Shown: positions 12,226-26,995 of the stretch, in pieces
How positions within the stretch are numbered: the stretch's first letter is position 1
Layout of the letters: the number at the start of each line of letters is the position of its first letter
Assembly (NCBI GenBank): GCA_973851085.1
Contig: OZ316775.1
Location: 15,376,001-15,440,000 of the forward strand
Length of the DNA stretch: 64,000 bases
Source of the DNA: Ptychomitrium polyphyllum
Lineage: Eukaryota
Reading direction: 5' to 3'
Notes under the pieces: generated by a model
The model's database searches: none
What the model saw: only the letters and a program-made list of their open reading frames with translations
What the model was told of the DNA's origin: nothing
Program-made: the position numbers and the translations under genes

Positions 12226-15200
12226 TTAAGCAGCAACAGACCAAATGCGAACACATGCATCATCTCCTCCGCTGGCTAAAGTTTGAGCATCTACGAACAC
12301 GAGGGCCGACACACCTCCTAAATGAGCATTTCTAATCGATGTACGAGCAGAGGCAGGCTTTGTAACATCGTAGACGTAAATGGAGCTATCAACTGATGTT
12401 GTAGCAACCTTGGAGCTATCAGGAGACCATGCCACAGCATTGATTCGTGCAGTGTGGTAGAGCATGTTCTTCACCTTCACCTGCAAGTGTCAGAAAACCA
12501 GACATCAATATTGGACCTCTAAAATATAGGATACTGCACGTTGACGCCAACTTCCATGAAATCAAGCTAGAATAATAGCGAGTTAAACTTCAACAAAATC
12601 TCTTATGAAGTACTCTTCCATTTTTCTATCCATAAATTGTCAACTTCCTTGCCACTGACAACACAATCTAATTTCAGAAATTTGGTGTCTTGTATTTTTA
12701 TCTGCCTCATAAGTTTTCTATATTCAGAGCTACTTCTTAAATGAATTCAGAAACTTAGAAGACTGATAATTCCTAGAAGGCATCTTCTCTAACTCCGAAC
12801 ATGTTTATTTACATCGTTAAAATTTTCCCCTCAATGAATATTCAAGTAAACCAATTTTCAATAATCTCAATCTAACAAGTAATGAAATGAAGCACAACAG
12901 CAGGTAAAGGATTGTGTGAACTTTCCTCCCTAGTGATGCGGTCCCAAACCACAGCCTCCCTGTTCAGGTCTCCAGAGGCGATCATAGACCCATCTGGTGA
13001 GTATCGAACGGCTGAAATCTCCCCACGATGCTTCTCTAGAACTGCCTCCTGATTTAGAGTGTCACCCTTCACAGAGTACACATATAGCTTCCCATTTCGA
13101 CCGCCCACTACTGCTTCATCACCATCTGAAGACAGCGCAGCGGCTGATCCAACGTAGTCAACGTCGATCGATGATACAACCGTGCCCTGGCGTATGAGAA
13201 TTACCGACTTCTCTACTGGCACTATGGCTACCTCTGGGCACTTGGAGGCTACATCCAAATCTCGTGGTAGTTCCCCAAGGTCTAGAGCTTCCGCTTCCAA
13301 GTAAGCATCTCCTGGTAAAGGAACACGCCGAAACTGGAAAGGTCGTCATGTTAGGATCTGCTTTATCCCAGACATCTTACAGACTGCATTAACGAAGGAA
13401 GAAATTTTGGTAATCGGCTATTTCGATAATAAATTAGAGGAAAATGACAAAGAGTGAGTCCGTAAAAAGGTAAGGCAAACACCTTATGATCCATGCCACA
13501 AGTCATTAGCTCGCTTCCTTGAGCAACCATGTAAGTAGCAGAGTTGATGGTTCCGTTTTTCGGCAACCGTCCAAGGTACCCAGACCCCACTTTCCACTTG
13601 ATGATAACTCCATCATAGCTACTCGAGTAAAGCGTCAAAGATTCTCCCAATTTTGCGACTGTGAGGGCCGTGATGCTCCTCAAGTGTCCAGACAACGATC
13701 TTGAAGGCGTGCTTGGATTGGACAGAGAAAGATAGTTGATCGCTCCACCCAAAGAGATTGTAACAATGTGCTCGCCCATCCAAAGACAGCCAACTTGCAT
13801 ATCTTCAACTTCACCAATATCAGAAAAAGAAAATGTTGTAATTACCTCTCCGGAGCCTTCTGCTGATATATCCCAGATCTTGGCAGTTTTGTCTGCTGAT
13901 ACAGTAAGCACCTGATTACATTTGTCATCAGATATCAGGCACGTTTACAAGACTTGAACAGCTGGAGGACCTTCACAAACCCATACCTTACAGGTTTTTG
14001 GTAAAGAGAATGCAACCATAATACCTCCATCACACCTGAGGGGGTTTAAATTCACCTGCTTCCCATTGGGACTCCAGCTGGCTGCATAGATACTGCCGCT
14101 GTGGCCGTCGTCAGAAGAAAGTGTTCCGAGAAGTTCACCAGTTTTTCCATCAAAGAGGAAACCATTCTTGTCGGAGCCAACTGAAAGAAACTTGCTACCA
14201 TCAGGAGAAAACCTGATACAGTTTACAAAATTCGTGTGCTCTCTGCAACGCCCAAGCAACGATTTTGGCTTTAGTCTGCTTATATCATGCTTGGGCATAT
14301 TCATAAAGTCTCACCACTGACATATCTTTCTCTAGCACACAGACGCAGAATACTAGATGAGGGAAGCTCAACTCTCTCGTTTCATCCACAAGCTTAGCAG
14401 ACACTCTTTCTCAGCTGTTCTTTTCACCACTTCTCCACAAGTCTGGCCTAGAGTTTGATGCAAATCTACTATGTGACATTATGAGAACATATGAAAAAAA
14501 ACAGATGATTCTAGAGTACTCTCTCAGGAGACCTAGTGCTTGCGAACGTATTCCACATTCTATCAACTATCAAGAGCTCTCACAAAAGCATTATGTCAAA
14601 AGCACTCTCTTTCTCTTTCTTTCGCTTAAATTGCACGTGCCTGAAAGATGCCTTGAACCGGAAAGGAGGGCCCTCGTAGAAATTCACGAGAAAATCTTCT
14701 CCACAAGTTATAATGCGAAAGGGACGAGTTGGTTTGAAAGCACAGCTCAACACCCGCTTCGAGTGTCCGTCGAAATCTCCAACTGTGGATCCAGAATCCC
14801 ACCTACAAGCAACATACATACCCATGTAAGCGCTTCCACCAAATTTCCCAAAGTACATAAAGGTGCAAAAACGCAGGGTCACAATCATATCTCCTCTCAT
14901 CACTCTAATCAATGACGTTACAAAGGGTTTATGAACGTCTTCAGCTATAACCTTGTCAATGCAATGGAGAATGTTAAGCCAACACCATTAAAAATAAGTT
15001 GCCATTCAAGACAAGACAAAAACCTAATCCGGCGAGCCCACACTTGCGGAATGCCTTCCCATGAAACTTACGTAGCAAACTTTCACCCCAGTTGCATAAA
15101 ATTCCTAACCAGCAATAGCATTGCGTATTACACTTCCAGGAAGATTGAGCTTAAGAGCTTCCGTACAAAAATGCTTTGACGAACGTCGAGCCCTTGCCGT

Positions 15201-15558
15201 CGCCACACACCACAATCCGTTGCCCATCAGGTGACCAGTCCAGATCATCGATGGATCCCGACAAAGCTCGGATCTCAAACCTCAGAGTGCGGTCCTCATT
15301 CCTGGCCCAAACCCTCACAGTCCCCGACACATCGCCCGACGCAATCCATTCCCCGTTCGGCGAAAACCTGGCCACAGTGACGGGATAGCCGTGTTCTCCA
15401 TACACCTCCACCTTCGACGGGTCCTTCAAGCTGCGAATGATCACGGATCTGCCATTGCAGTACACAACCGACCCGGACTTGGGGTCCCCAGCTACCAGAA
15501 TCCCTCTCCCCCGCTCCGTCCCCGGCACGCTCGCATACGTTTCCGCCAATTGTGCCAT
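12226..15558 (-). CDS. AIP1: Actin-interacting protein 1 (WD40 repeat, WDR1 family)
   Basis: [19 protein letters not shown]...[80 protein letters not shown]; multiple WD repeats over several exons. Confidence 0.95.
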
Positions 15559-15802
15559 CAAGTTCAACCCCTCCTGCACACTCCCTGCAACAAACACCTT
15601 GGGGATTCGATCCACGTACTGCTTGAGCTAGGTGGCGCCGGATCGAGCATCCCAAACCCAAACTCATAAGAGAGAATTTTGTGAATGCATTGAGGGAGTG
15701 GCCCAAAGCGCAAATTTTAGAGGTCCTAGCGGAGTTCCCGATTTGGATCCGTCGCCACGTCGAGCCTGACAATGAGGATCTGGATTGGGCGCAGAAAACC
15801 GT

Positions 15803-15811
15803 AAACCCTAA
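15803..15811. promoter_or_regulatory. Telo-box (AAACCCTAA) upstream of AIP1; similar TTAGGGTT(T) at 3283, 31845 and 58223 near other 5' ends
   Basis: Exact motif near gene starts; telo-boxes are known plant promoter/5'-UTR elements of housekeeping genes. Confidence 0.5.
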
Positions 15812-17001
15812 GCCCTAATGGTGCCAATCTTATCACTTGGTGGCATTGCTGGTGAAGATGGGTTATGGGCAGGTCCGTTTCGTGGCACACACGAGCATGC
15901 ACATGCTGAATGATTGATAGATAGATTGGTTGATTGATTTCGTCGCTGCGAAGGCGAGACCTATTTAGCTACTTGCCTCGAGAGGTGAGGCTTCCAGACA
16001 ACGGTATTTGTAGCACGATGAGGCACGTTGTGTCGGAAGAAATCATTAGTTGATTCTGTGGTCGTGTTACTCAGCTACAGTAACCTTAGGTTCAGGTGTA
16101 TGCGTAGTCCGGAAAAGGAGGCGAAATTTTCATTCAAGGTAAACTGTAAGTTGGTTCATGGAGTTTTCTACATAGAACGGTTGTGCAGTGTATTTGCAAG
16201 AATTCGGTGCTGCTTGGGCCATGCTAAGTGATTGTAGGTGGACGTGATTACGTTGATAAAATTTCCTCAGAAAACGAAGTGTGTACGACTAAGCTATGAA
16301 TCCAGTATATTAGTATACTTGCGTGATCTCATCATGGTCATTACAGCAATGCAACAAGAGAAGATTACATACGAACTCTGCAGACACATAATCAGAGGTG
16401 TCCACTTTGATTACATTAGAACATGCTCCTTATCACAGTCCCAAACAGTACCAGCAGCAATCCCTAGCTTCACTAACCAAGTTCGATCCTGCAATAGAGC
16501 TCAAATACTAGAAGAAAACAGTCGAACAACAAATATTGTCTATGATTGCTCAGGCTTCATCATTCACAAATTGAACAAGTGAGTATTCTATCAGCAAGCT
16601 GATGAGAAGGGACACGAAAGAGCACAATGTCAGTGCTCACAATGCCTGGTGCAAGTACTGCTCAGAGTAGGCCTGCAACCAATTTCTTAATGTAACTGCG
16701 AATGAAGGTAAAGGTTTACACAATGTGATTGGGAATAACCGCATAATGTACATATACTGCCCAACCAGGACCTGCCAAAGATCAATCAGGTCCTCTGTTG
16801 GATACTTGGTAGTTTCGTATCATGAAGGCAGGGTTTGGAGTCGACTCGCCTCGGCAATCTCCAACTAACAAACTCACTCAAATTATTAATAACTGCAACT
16901 TTGGACAAAACTTCTGTTCCATGCCCATTAAGGGCCAACTCATATTTGGCAGTATGGTCAATGATAGACAACTAATCTTTGAAATAATTCAAGGCAGGGG
17001 G

Positions 17002-20000
17002 TTAATGTGACCGTCTTGATGAGCCTGGGTTTTCTGATACTACATGAGCGTCATCCTTGGTAGCACACCTGTGAGGTTGACATGACCTCTCAAGTATGGC
17101 ACATAGCTGCTCCTGTGTGTAATGCTCCGTTGGCTCAATCTGCAGACGAACAACCCAAAAGTCAAATTCACCTTCAAATATGGAGATACACCAAAAAAGA
17201 AAGACTACATCAAGATTAAAAACGCAGTCATCCTCGGATTGCTTTGTCTCACCTTCACAATAACAATGTGTAGGACCATGTCTTTGGTAGTGGAGGTATT
17301 TGAGTGCCGAATTTCCATCCGTAGCTCTTGTAATGCCATCATCATTTGAACAAGAGCGTAAGAGTCCTTCAAACAATTGATACGAATCATGGCTTCTTGG
17401 CCAAGAATGTGCACATCAATAGTGGGTTTCGTCCCACTTAATGAGTTTCCAGACATTGAGGTGCTGTTAGCACTCCCTTGTGGCCTTACACTCAACCCGT
17501 CTTTTGCAGGGTTGTTCATTGAACTCCTGGCAATTGAGAGCGATTCTTGCGATTTGTCACTCGAAGCAATGACATGACTTTTGAGGTCCTTGATTTGAAC
17601 TTCTGCCGATTGAAGCTTGCTAGACAGCTCGTTAATGTACGCAATGGCATCCCCTAACAGAGATGCTTTATCCATCTGATAATACCAAACAAAGAGGGGA
17701 AAAAACCAGCCAAACTTTATTAACATATGAAGCCAAACAAGCTAGAAGACAACAGAAATGGAGAAATGATACACGTAAACAAATGGATTTCATTGCGGAG
17801 AACTAAATATACTCCCAACTCGCCAATAATTCGCCTCAGAAGGTGTAAATTGATATAGAAGTAATCAGTCAAAATATACAAAGCTGATCGCTAAAATGAA
17901 TTGCGTTGACGGCCATGAATAGAATTGTATCTATGAAACAATCAATTAGTGACTTGCGTGCAATGCAAGAAGCTAAAGAGCGCTCACCTTGGAAACGTTC
18001 GGCACAACAGCTCGCAAAGCATAAAATCGCTGATTGAGTTTCTCTCTCCTTTGCCTTTCTGCCTGCACATGGCTTAGTGGCTCCTCCCTGTCGTTGGCCG
18101 GCTTCCGACCCCGCTTGCGTGGAGGTTTCGTACCAACATTCAGACTAAACTCCACTGCACTACTCTCTTTGAAAGAGATTTCAGCTTCTGATTCTTGGCA
18201 ATCGTGTTCTGACTGGTCAAAACTTGAACGCCCACTTGTGCTAACTGGAGGCCCTGATATCGTAGTCTGGTTTTGCTGGGAAGGTTTATAAACAGGTTTC
18301 GCTTTCTCAGCCACAGGCTTCGTGGCCTCTGTATTTATCCCTGAAACATGCACCTTCTCTTCTTGCGCTGGAAGTTTTGTTCCCATAGATTGTCTAAAAT
18401 CTGGAGTATTAACCAAGACCTGATTGAATTCCCCTGCAGTAGTCTTTTGAGGGTAGGCATATGAAGAGTGTACCTTGACATGTGGTAGTGATGAAGGTCT
18501 TTGCTCATCAAAAGACAACCTGTCAACACTCTGCGGAATGCTTCGGTGGTTCGCTTCGGATACACTGGTTCTACTTAACAGATTTGATGTAGCAGAGAAA
18601 GGAAGTTTCCCTTCCTGAACAGGTGGTCTCGCGATAGGATGATACATGCGCGATTGCCCTTGATCTTTCTCAACAGTGTCAACTGACACCACATCATTAA
18701 ACTGCATGTCTTCCGATTGTGACCAAAGATAGTCCAAGTTATCAAAACTAGTGCTTGCCATCGAGGACCCAATCTTTTCGACTGAGACATTCCTCCCTCT
18801 GTAATGTGCTTCATTATCTTTACCAAGACCAGAACCTCTACTGGCTACGCTTGGACTGGACGTCAACACACTTGTGGTGGCCAACGACATGACACTTGGA
18901 CTAGGCGGGAAGAAAGTCGCATCACTGTCCATAAGCAAAGATTGAGCCATAACTTGACTTTGCTTTGCTCCCCAAGATGGTTCATCAAAGACCATCTTAA
19001 TATTGTGAACAACTTCCACGTTTTGCCTTATCTGCAACCAAAGCGAATGAGGTGGTATATTAGCAGTTGCCAAAAAAGATTGTGACCATTTTCAGAACTA
19101 CTTCGGAGCTTGACGGAGAACATTCTTGATTTGTGTAAAACTAGGAAAAATCGCAACGCTACGTAGTTACGTCGGCTTCTTTGCCAGCAGCGTAGTGTAG
19201 CCTCTACTCTAATGTACGATAAATAATACTCCAATTTCCAACCATGTGCATTCTGTAGAGCCCAACTCACCATTTCGTAAGAATTAAAATACACCTTCAG
19301 AGCATTGAATAAATGACTATTGTATAGTAAACGTTCAAAAAGCTATGTATGACTTAGATAGCTGCAAATCCATCCACAACCTGGCAGAATAGCTTACAAA
19401 ATATGAATTATTAGGACATATTTAACTAAGACTAGGTTCATCCTTTTAAAGCAAGAATAATCGTAGATTAAGGATCAAACCACTTCCAATAAACTGCATT
19501 GATAACCTCTTAATAGCTAGGGCGCGAGCTCCTTCAACTCACCAGATCTGTTGATCCAAGCTCCACAACGCCAGTCTTCGTTGGAACACAGATGATTGTC
19601 TACAGACACACAATAAAACTACAGATAAGAATCTGAAAAAACAGATCGGACATCATGCAGAAGACATCTGCACTTCGTGTCTTATAGATGAAGCTCGCAA
19701 GAGCATCGATCCGTCTCAGTAGAAGCATGCGAACGTAGATGACTTGCACCATCAACATGAAAAAACTGATACCCAACACATGGATATCATCATATTATAA
19801 ACCTCGGATAATAACGATTGCTTGGGTCCTGACAATACCTGAATGCCGGCCATCTGCATTTGATGAAGCACCAAAATAGATAACAATGCCACCAACCAGA
19901 ATCTAGTCAGTCCCAAGGCTTTAATTTTTCCTTTATCAAATTAAGTGCTTGAAATTGACGGGCTTTCTGGAAGTATATAGTCTCCTATGATCATTGCAAC

Positions 20001-22092
20001 CTAGAAAATCCAAAAAGCTGCAGAAATTATTTACAATGGGCAACAGGGAGAAGAGCAGTACGAAATGACATATAAAGTGAAGACGATAAGCTTAGACACG
20101 CTCACAAATATAAGACTCTGGACAGTCAATTCTGTATGAATTCAAAACTCCGTTTCGAACAAATTAGTTTACTAGCACTCTCTGCAAAAACACAAATCTT
20201 TACGTTTGAATGAAATTTTTAGACGAGGTCAGAGCCCCCACAACAGTTGTAATCAAACGCATGGGAAACATATAAACTCCTTGTGTCTATACAGCGCGTG
20301 GAACATGCACTTCCTGTTTAAAATACGGGAAATGGGAACTCCGACCTTATTACTGTCCATGTAGCCAGAAACAACTTAACAAAAAATCTTAGTTACGCCT
20401 AATTTCCAACGGACAATCACAACTCCACAATCGCCATGCTACATCAGAAAATAGGATAGTAAAGTTGTACCTTGGCCAAATGAGATCGTGTACAGACATT
20501 ATTGGGGGCCTTGTTTGCCTCAATCAGCCACACAGGACTATCAGTTGCCAATGCTCGGCCAGGAATCCTGCATCGAAAACGCTTTACCGGATTAAGAGAG
20601 GTGAAACTAGCACACATACATATAATCGACGACTTCAGTGCCGTGACAATACCCAGGATCTAGTAAAGAAGCCCGAAAAGGCGAAGCAAGTTAACAAGAG
20701 AAGAAAGAAGTTTGAGTCTTACCCCACCCCATGGGCAAATGAGTGTGACATAGAGACGAGGTAGAACCACTCCGTATCTGTTACATAATCACTGATGTCC
20801 TCTTCAGAATTGCTCACAAGAGACTGCAACTCTCTTAACACTTTCCGCCTCAGCTGCTGGTCCTCTTCACTGCCCCCCTGCTCTATACGCTTCATGTCAG
20901 GAACCTCATTCTCTCTTGGACCCTTGAAATACCCGTCGCCCCAACCCAAAATCCTGGAACAGACAACACTGGAACGTTAACATTCTTGCCAAGGAAATGA
21001 GAGAGGTTACGAATGCCAAAATAGTCATTCAAGAAAGTTCAATCCCCGGCCCATAAAAGACCAAAGTTCCTAAAATTCACGTTTTTGCTTCAAAATCAGT
21101 AATCCATAGTTGCAAATGACCACACCAACAGATACTCCGCTGGCAACAACACGCATCCGTTACAAGTTACATATGTTAGACCGGATCTATTCGGATTATA
21201 TCATTATGGTGGGTAAAAGGTTAGGAATGGTCGATGCTTGGTCTGACGATTGTAACTTCACGACTTTATAGAATCACTTTGTCCAGAAGGGGGTAGGGGT
21301 CTGAACAGAAAGGAAAGGCCAACGCAAAGCACCCTTCCTGACGTCATGGATGCCGTTATTGGAAGTTCCAAGTAAAGTACTGAAGAAGGGCTCTAATGGG
21401 CCGCTTGAGAAGTGTAGTCCATAAAAGAGGCAAACACACTCCCACAGACGTTTAGAGTTGGACAGTCCCCAAAACTGAAGAGGCTATAATGGACTAGAGA
21501 AGATATTAAAACAGCATTAACAGTGTCGGAATCTGGAGTAATAGCAACTCCCTCAGCGATGACACTCAAGGTCATATGAAAGTTGCTGAAGCTCGCACAA
21601 CGAACATGCTACCGTTGAAAAGTATAAGAAAAACTTGCACCCCTATCTCCACAACCGGAGCCCAGGATACACCAAATACTACACTACTCCCGTATGTGCG
21701 CATGTTCGGCCTTCCCGGTATAAAAAAATCAATTCCTGCCTTGAAAATTTTTCTCAGAGCTCAAAATTGCAGAAGCTCTGCAACTTGCGCACACAACCAA
21801 ACAATAATACTCATATTGAGAGGACGAAGGAGGTGACTTACAGTTCTCCACTAGGCGACGTCGAGAGCTGCCAGAAGATCCCATACGTCCAATTCTCCGC
21901 CGACTCCTCCACCAGCGAGTGCAACCTCCTCAACAGCACAGTCTCACTCAACTCCAGCCCCTTCTCGCCTGTGCTCGCCAGATCATCCGGCGCCTCATAG
22001 CTAGGGATCCCGTAAGCAGGCCCCATGAACGCCTCGATCATAGCCGAGTCCCCGGCGTCCCAGAAGCTCGGCACCGCCGTCTCCATCATCAT
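17002..22092 (-). CDS. MYC2-type bHLH transcription factor, copy B, 8 exons
   Basis: Exons 22092-21842, 20953-20723, 20567-20471, 19853-19839, 19599-19543, 19031-17988, 17675-17253 and 17139-17002, with the same exon phases as copy A. bHLH reads [48 protein letters not shown]. Confidence 0.93.
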
Positions 22093-23164
22093 TACCCTAA
22101 ACTGAAAACTTACAAACCACCACACAATCCTCCCACCACATCCCCCCCAAAAAACCCCAAACCTTCACCCAACCCTCACCCCATCTCCCCCTCCACTACC
22201 CCCCACCTCACACCGCTCCCAGCAACCCCCAGCGGATTCCCATCCATTGACCTCGCTCGCTCTCGGAAATTCCACCCAAAACAGCCACCTTTAAGTCAAC
22301 CCCAAAGACGAAACACAGCAGCATCAAGCTCACATGGGCACCCTGTGAACCAACTGAATCCCCACAACCAGCGAGATTCGTTTCCGCGCACATGCATTTG
22401 AGAGGTAAAGCTCGTCAACTCGGTGCAGTTTGCGAGTGCGAGGCCGCAGAGAGAGATCGGGGTCAGTTGGGCACCATTTGCGCCAATTCGAAGCGCAACT
22501 GGAAGCTCGGGGGGAGCGCGGGCGCGGCCGTGCGAGGGGCGCAGTGCGAGGATTTCTGATCTGGCGGGTGCAACGACGATCGCATTGTGATGATCTGCTC
22601 GGGCGCCTGTGCAGTGCCGGGCGCGGCCTCCTGCTTTGGTCTGTAGCGCCGGACCAGGTCTACTGTATTGGTTACGCCATCCGTATCGCCTCGCCGTGGT
22701 CGAGGTATTCGTATCTCCTCGTTGTCGTCGTGGTGGCCGAATCCGTATCAGTGCGGGGCTGGAGTGGCAACGTGGGAGGCGCATGGGATGGGCGTGGGAT
22801 GTACATCCATCCATTCATTCATTGTTGCGCACATGAAGTCTGCCAGGTTTCCACCCCTCGCTGCTCGCCGGTGCCACGCTTGGACCCAGTGGAGATTTAC
22901 TCGTGGCCTGGGAGCTGGCATGGTTTCTTTTTCCTCTTGGGAAGTAAGTGAATGCATTTTATCTTTGCAAGAAAGGTGTTGTTACAATATCAGAGAAGTT
23001 GATTTTGAAATTAGATATTAATGTTCTTTTTCAAATGTTTTATATTTTTGGGATTTTTTCTAATTTTTAATACTTTTTCTAAATGATTTTAGTTATAACT
23101 TTTCAGCCCTTTGTGATAATTATAATGATGAAAGATGCAAAACATTAGACAATAGTACTTCTAA

Positions 23165-23232
23165 TGGTTGATGTTGATCTTTGTTTCTTGTATTCATGTG
23201 GTTGATGTTGATCTTTGTTTCTTGTATTCATG
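23165..23232. repeat. Perfect 34-bp tandem duplication
   Basis: TGGTTGATGTTGATCTTTGTTTCTTGTATTCATG x2. Confidence 0.9.
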
Positions 23233-25528
23233 TATTTGTGATGACATTATTATGTGGCTTTCTTTAGAAAATAATAAAATAAACATGCATATTAAATGAA
23301 AAGTATGTTGTTATTTTATGTAATGAATTAATGTCATTCATTGCTTTTAATGCAAATAAGCAATTGATCTAAATATACAAGTCACATTCATACTATCCAT
23401 AGCTTACAATACAACAAATACAGTCTACCAATTGAACTATACATGGCATAATATACATAAGTCAAAGCCACATAACCTATCAAATCAAAATACATGGCCC
23501 ACCTACTTCAATTGTACGTTGACTAAAAAGTTGTATGATCCATCTATTTCAGTTGGGAATCCAACCTCTTCAAATCAATGAGATAGAGACAAATGACAAT
23601 GTTTGTACAACAACTGACAGTGGCAATGCAAGCGTGATAGAAAAATATAGACAGCTAATATGTGATATTGATATGAGTGATTAATGACGTCACTAGCAAA
23701 TGCAAGTGTGATAGAAGCTTGTAGATCTCTAGCACTTGATAATGATGCAAGTAATCAATGTGGTTAGATCTACATAATATAACAAATTAAAATGCACATT
23801 CAGTAGATGGTAAAGGAATAATAAGAACAGGTATTGTAAGCCATATCTTGGAAGGAACTTGTAGTTTTGAATACCATTAATAAAAGAAGCTATGCATATA
23901 TTGATGTTTATATGAAGACTAAAGCATTGTGACAAAGATGTGGATTTAGATTATGCAGCATAGATGTTTAAGCTTACTTTATAATATGTAATCACTATTT
24001 ATTTATATTTACAATATTAGATTCTTCTTGTTTTTAAGTATAGTAGATGGAACATTATAGATTTGATAAAAATGTTATTATCATAATAGCTTAAATTAGA
24101 TACTACTAAAAATTTTAAATTCTAATTTTTAAATTAAATTTTCCTTAACTGACCATTAACTATCAAAAAAATTTCATAGATTTATATGTATTAATTTTGA
24201 AAGTTTAAATGTAATGTTTTAAGATATATCAAATGTAAGGGTATAATTTTAAAGAACTTTGTTCTAAAAATAGATCATATTGTTGGTTTTTTTATGCTAA
24301 ACATTCGAAAAAATATTGTAATAAATTTAATATGGATTAAAATTGCAATGGGCTCCTACATGTTTGGTGATGTGTATAGTATGGTTATATAAAAAATTAT
24401 TTTTGATAATACTTCCTAAAAGAGATGGAAATAGATACTAAACTCTACTTTGAAAATCCATCTAATATATAATGTCATTTTGTATATTGATGTATGACCA
24501 TTTAGAATTAGTGTTTGTTTCAAAGTGCTTTGCCATTGACATTTGAATATGCTTCTTTTAAATTCTATAACATATAAATTTTTAAATAATAAAATATTTT
24601 ATATTAAAAATAATGATCATGCTATGAATTACAAGGTAACCATTTCAAAAACATATCTTTGAGATTTTCTTACAAGCACAAAAAATCTACATTATTGCTT
24701 TTAAACTTTCATTTTATATATTTTTGGATTATATAAAAGCATACTTAGGCTCTAAACAAAACAAATTTTGATTCATAGATATTGCAATTTGGTGATAATT
24801 TTCTAATTTAGTCAATTTGTCATTGAGTTGATTCATTTGCAAAATAGCAAGTTTATTATTTTTTACATATTGAAATTAATGCTGAATTTTTAATACTAAT
24901 TTAATGATAAATTTTACCATTAGAAGAAAAAAGATGGTATTTTTTCTATTAAATTATAATTATCATGTTTTAAAATTTTAAAATCATATACAATTTTTAA
25001 TATTGAAATATAACTAAAACATTTAGTGATAATTCAAGTATAAATGCTAGTGAATTTATTTAAACCAATCTACTATTTATTTATTTTTTAATTTTTTTTT
25101 AATAGTTTAATAATATAGATGAATTGATGCAACTATGAGCTTTTAAATTATATTCTAATACAAAATTTAATAAAGCTGGTACAAAACAAAAAATAATTTA
25201 AAATCTAAAATTTTAATGATATTATATATATGTTCATTTAATGAATTAATAACAATTCAACGTCCAACAACATCTTATTTAGAACAATCATTTAATATTT
25301 AAGATTTATTTTGTGGTAAATTAAAAAATATAACTTTATTGAGAAGTTTGTATAAACTGAATATTATTCTTTGTTCCACCAAAATTTGGTTGGAATTTTT
25401 TTAATTTGATTATTAAGAAAATGAACACTATATTACTACATTGTAACCTATGCCCATGAAATGTAAGATAAAGGATTTTTATTAGACATAATATCTTTTA
25501 TTTGATCCACAAAATGCCTTATTAACAA

Positions 25529-25652
25529 AAAGAATGAATATAATATCATTAAATAACTTCTTGCTAATGTATGTCACGCACACATCAGCTCAAAGAATGA
25601 AGATAATATCATTACATTTCTTGGTGATGTATGTCATGCACACATCAGCTCA
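25529..25652. repeat. Imperfect ~62-bp tandem duplication
   Basis: AAGAATGAA.ATAATATCATTA...ATGTATGTCA.GCACACATCAGCTCA x2. Confidence 0.8.
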
Positions 25653-26995
25653 CGGGTAGAATACATCATCATTTTATTCATGTTGGTCCTTTTCAAAAGT
25701 GATTTTTTTGGTCCTCTGTTAATATTAAACATATGTGCAAACAGAGTTTAAGCAATAACATCACGTCAAAGAATTCAACTTTGTTAAGCTATTTGTTTTA
25801 ATATCCAAATTTTTTTTAATGTTTTTTTAATATTTTGACTTCATAGAGAGGGATGTTCTATGCAAAACGCCCAACCGCATGCGTGTACTTTTATTTTGTC
25901 ATTACAAAGCTAGTGCCTTGCCGTATGAAACAACTATAATACTCCAATTTAGTGCACAACTTCAACTTAAGTACACTGTAAAAAGCCAATGGAAAGCCTC
26001 CACGTCGTAGTTTTTCATTTTCAATGAAAGCGGCCCGAGACTGCGTACTTCACCTTTCATTTGCTGATATTTGTTTCCCATTGTCATGTGGATGACCTCA
26101 TGACACAAGCCTAACTTGCATGACTTCCATGGGGTCCCCATGGTCTTACGTAAGGGTCACAACTGTGACTCTCGAAGGGCCCTGTCAGGAAAATTTCACC
26201 TACAGTACAGTTAATGCTTGGGACCACGGTTGCCGAGCCTCACCCATAACCACCCGAGCTACAGTTGCCGCAGGGAGCTTATATGCGCAATGCCGTGAAC
26301 CAGTTCCAAGACAAACCTGTCAACACAGCAAGCAAAACTTCCAAGAAAGAGAAGGCTCTCTCAAAACGCTCCTTAATCGGAAATTCAGAGGACGCACACC
26401 TGAAACCGTCACGAGTCCCCCATAAACCACTAATATCTACGGCCTTGATGTTTTAAGTTCACGAAATCTTGAGAAGTCTTGATTGCAGTTGGACATGTAC
26501 ACAGTAACCGCTTGGTAGTGTGAAAGGTTGAAACTGACAATATCAGGCCTTAAAATAGAGACTGTGAAGTGAAATGTTCTTCCCTGGTAGACAATGTCGT
26601 TATTGGGTGCAGCTACGGTTTGGGGTTCACGATCCGCAGTTGACACTTTGGTAATGCTGGTGTGATACCCGACTAAACTCAAATGTGATATCCGATTTGT
26701 TTATATGTTGTATACCGTCTATACCTGGGAGGGTATGTGTAGACATGTAGATCACTGCGTTGTGAGCATGTCGAGACTTATTGTGTTTGTGTTTTGAAGA
26801 TTTTGCTGTGAAGGGAGATGGTGATGGCGGTGTAGTTTGCCGCTTTGCATGTTGATGGCGAAGACCTAAGGAATTAGAGTTGAGAAGGCAATCTTGCATT
26901 GGTGTGAAGCTCTTGTTGAAGGTGTTTGGGAGGGATTTTGAGGTGTTTGGGGGGATTTTTTGTTGTTGTGGCGGTGTGAGTAGTTTGCGTGGGAG

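Noticed and set aside
22208..23021. Several overlapping 60-173-aa ORFs upstream of MYC copy B
   Set aside because: GC-rich promoter/5'-leader DNA with few stops and no recognisable domain.
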